In this document: in pieces, positions 63,057 to 64,000 of the stretch
Layout of the letters: each line of letters starts with the position of its first letter
Position numbering within the stretch: the first letter of the stretch is position 1
Source: Octopus bimaculoides
Lineage: Eukaryota
DNA length: 64,000 bases
Direction of reading: 5' to 3'
NCBI RefSeq assembly: GCF_001194135.2
Contig: NC_068984.1
Coordinates: 37,965,968-38,029,967 of the forward strand
The notes under the pieces: generated by a model
Told to the model about the DNA's origin: nothing
What the model saw: only the letters and a program-made list of their open reading frames with translations
Database searches by the model: none
Made by a program: the position numbers and the translations under genes

Positions 63057-64000
63057 ATGAAGACAGGGAAAGCCCCCGGCCCATCAGGAATCACTGCAGA
63101 GATGCTCAAAATATCTGGCAGTGTTGGTTATAGCCTAGTCACCCGTATTACGAACCAGGTGATACACGAAGGAGTCATACCCAATGACTGGTGTAGCAGC
63201 ACCATAATCAACTGCTACAAAGGTAAAGGTGACGCTTTAGATACAAATAATTACAGAGGTATCAAGCTTTTAGATCAGGTAATGAAAGTCACGGAGAGGG
63301 TCATAGCTCAACTGCTTAGGGAGCGAGTCAGCTTAGATGAGATGCAGTTTGGTTTTGTGCCTGGGAAAAGCACCGCTGATGCTATATTTCTGGTATGACA
63401 GCTTCAGGAGAAATACCTAGCCAAGGATAAACCTCTGTTCCTGGCTTTCGTTGATATGGAGAAAGCCTTTGACAGGGTCCCCCGATCTCTCATCTGGTGG
63501 TCAATGAGGAAACTAGGGATAGAAGAATGGTTAGTGAGAGCTGTGCGAGCCATGTACAGAAACTCTGTCAGTAAGGTGAGGATTGGCAGAGAGTACAGTG
63601 AAGAATTCCGGGTGGAGGTAGGGGTCCACTAAGGTTCTGTCCACAGCCCCCTCCTATTTATCATAGTTCTCCAGGCTATAACAGAGGAATTCAAGACCGG
63701 ATGCCCCTGGGAGCTCCTCTATGCTGATGACCTTGCACTAATTGCTGAGTCGCTATCACAATTAGAGGAGAAGTTTCAGATATGGAAGCAAGGACTAAAA
63801 TCGAAGGGCCTTAGAGTCAACCTAGCTAAAACCAAAGTCCTCATAAGTAGGAAGGCAGACAAAACACAAACCCCTTCAGGTAGATGGCCCTGCTCGATCT
63901 GTAGAAAAGGAGTGGGAAGTAACTCTATAAGATGCACCCAGTGCAAGCTATGGACACATAAGAGGTGCAGCAATATCAAAGGAAGGTTAACTAGGAAGTT
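63057..64000 (+). mobile_element. RTE-clade LINE reverse transcriptase, young but disabled, running off the window
   Basis: KAPGPSGI...NYRGIKLL...QFGFVPG...FVDMEKAFDRV...LLYADDL (YADD 63720-63731)...VNLAKTK. Premature stops TGA 63396-63398 and TAA 63630-63632. Confidence 0.95.

Noticed and set aside
32643-63133. Long ORFs of 170-340 aa in the ORF track (32643, 42142, 44241, 44264, 44344, 58720, 58817, 58827, 58869, 62404, 62513, 62551, 62567)
   Set aside because: They are runs of N translated as X. Only their short real flanks are informative (RTE tail, PLE).
1-64000. CRISPR arrays, rRNA, operons or defence systems
   Set aside because: This is eukaryotic intron-containing DNA. The tandem repeats at 54629 and 62230 lack unique spacers and lie inside transposons.

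Overview
This is AT-rich, intron-rich animal DNA. The SINE/RTE repeat families and microsatellites look like an octopus (coleoid cephalopod) draft assembly, but that assignment is inferred from repeat recognition, not proven. Assembly gaps lie at 4666-4675, 32698-33328, 42235-43020, 43430-43439, 44357-44925, 58886-59667, 61497-61607 and 62595-63056. Two convergent genes can be reconstructed by hand, and neither is shown properly by the ORF track. (1) A + strand PIAS E3 SUMO ligase, CDS 9877-38017: 14 exons with consistent splice phases give 614 aa with PINIT, SP-RING, acidic SIM and a C-terminal PDVISLD. It has no SAP domain inside the window and starts from a novel 39-aa first coding exon in a CpG-enriched region. 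Several alternative C-termini are possible. (2) A - strand HIG1-domain (HIGD1-like) gene, two coding exons at 53110-53014 and 51520-51327, 96 aa. The rest is transposon-derived: RTE LINEs (one RT carries a PHD-type finger, one copy is nested in an older copy), several tRNA-derived SINE families (two copies with clear TSDs form an inverted pair around the last PIAS exon), a Gypsy gag relic, mariner- and Tigger-like MITEs, and a Penelope-like 3' end. The most notable non-obvious signals are two type-I hammerhead ribozyme folds on the - strand (about 60908-60991 and 62082-62155). One of them may lie in sense orientation in the first intron of the HIGD1-like gene.
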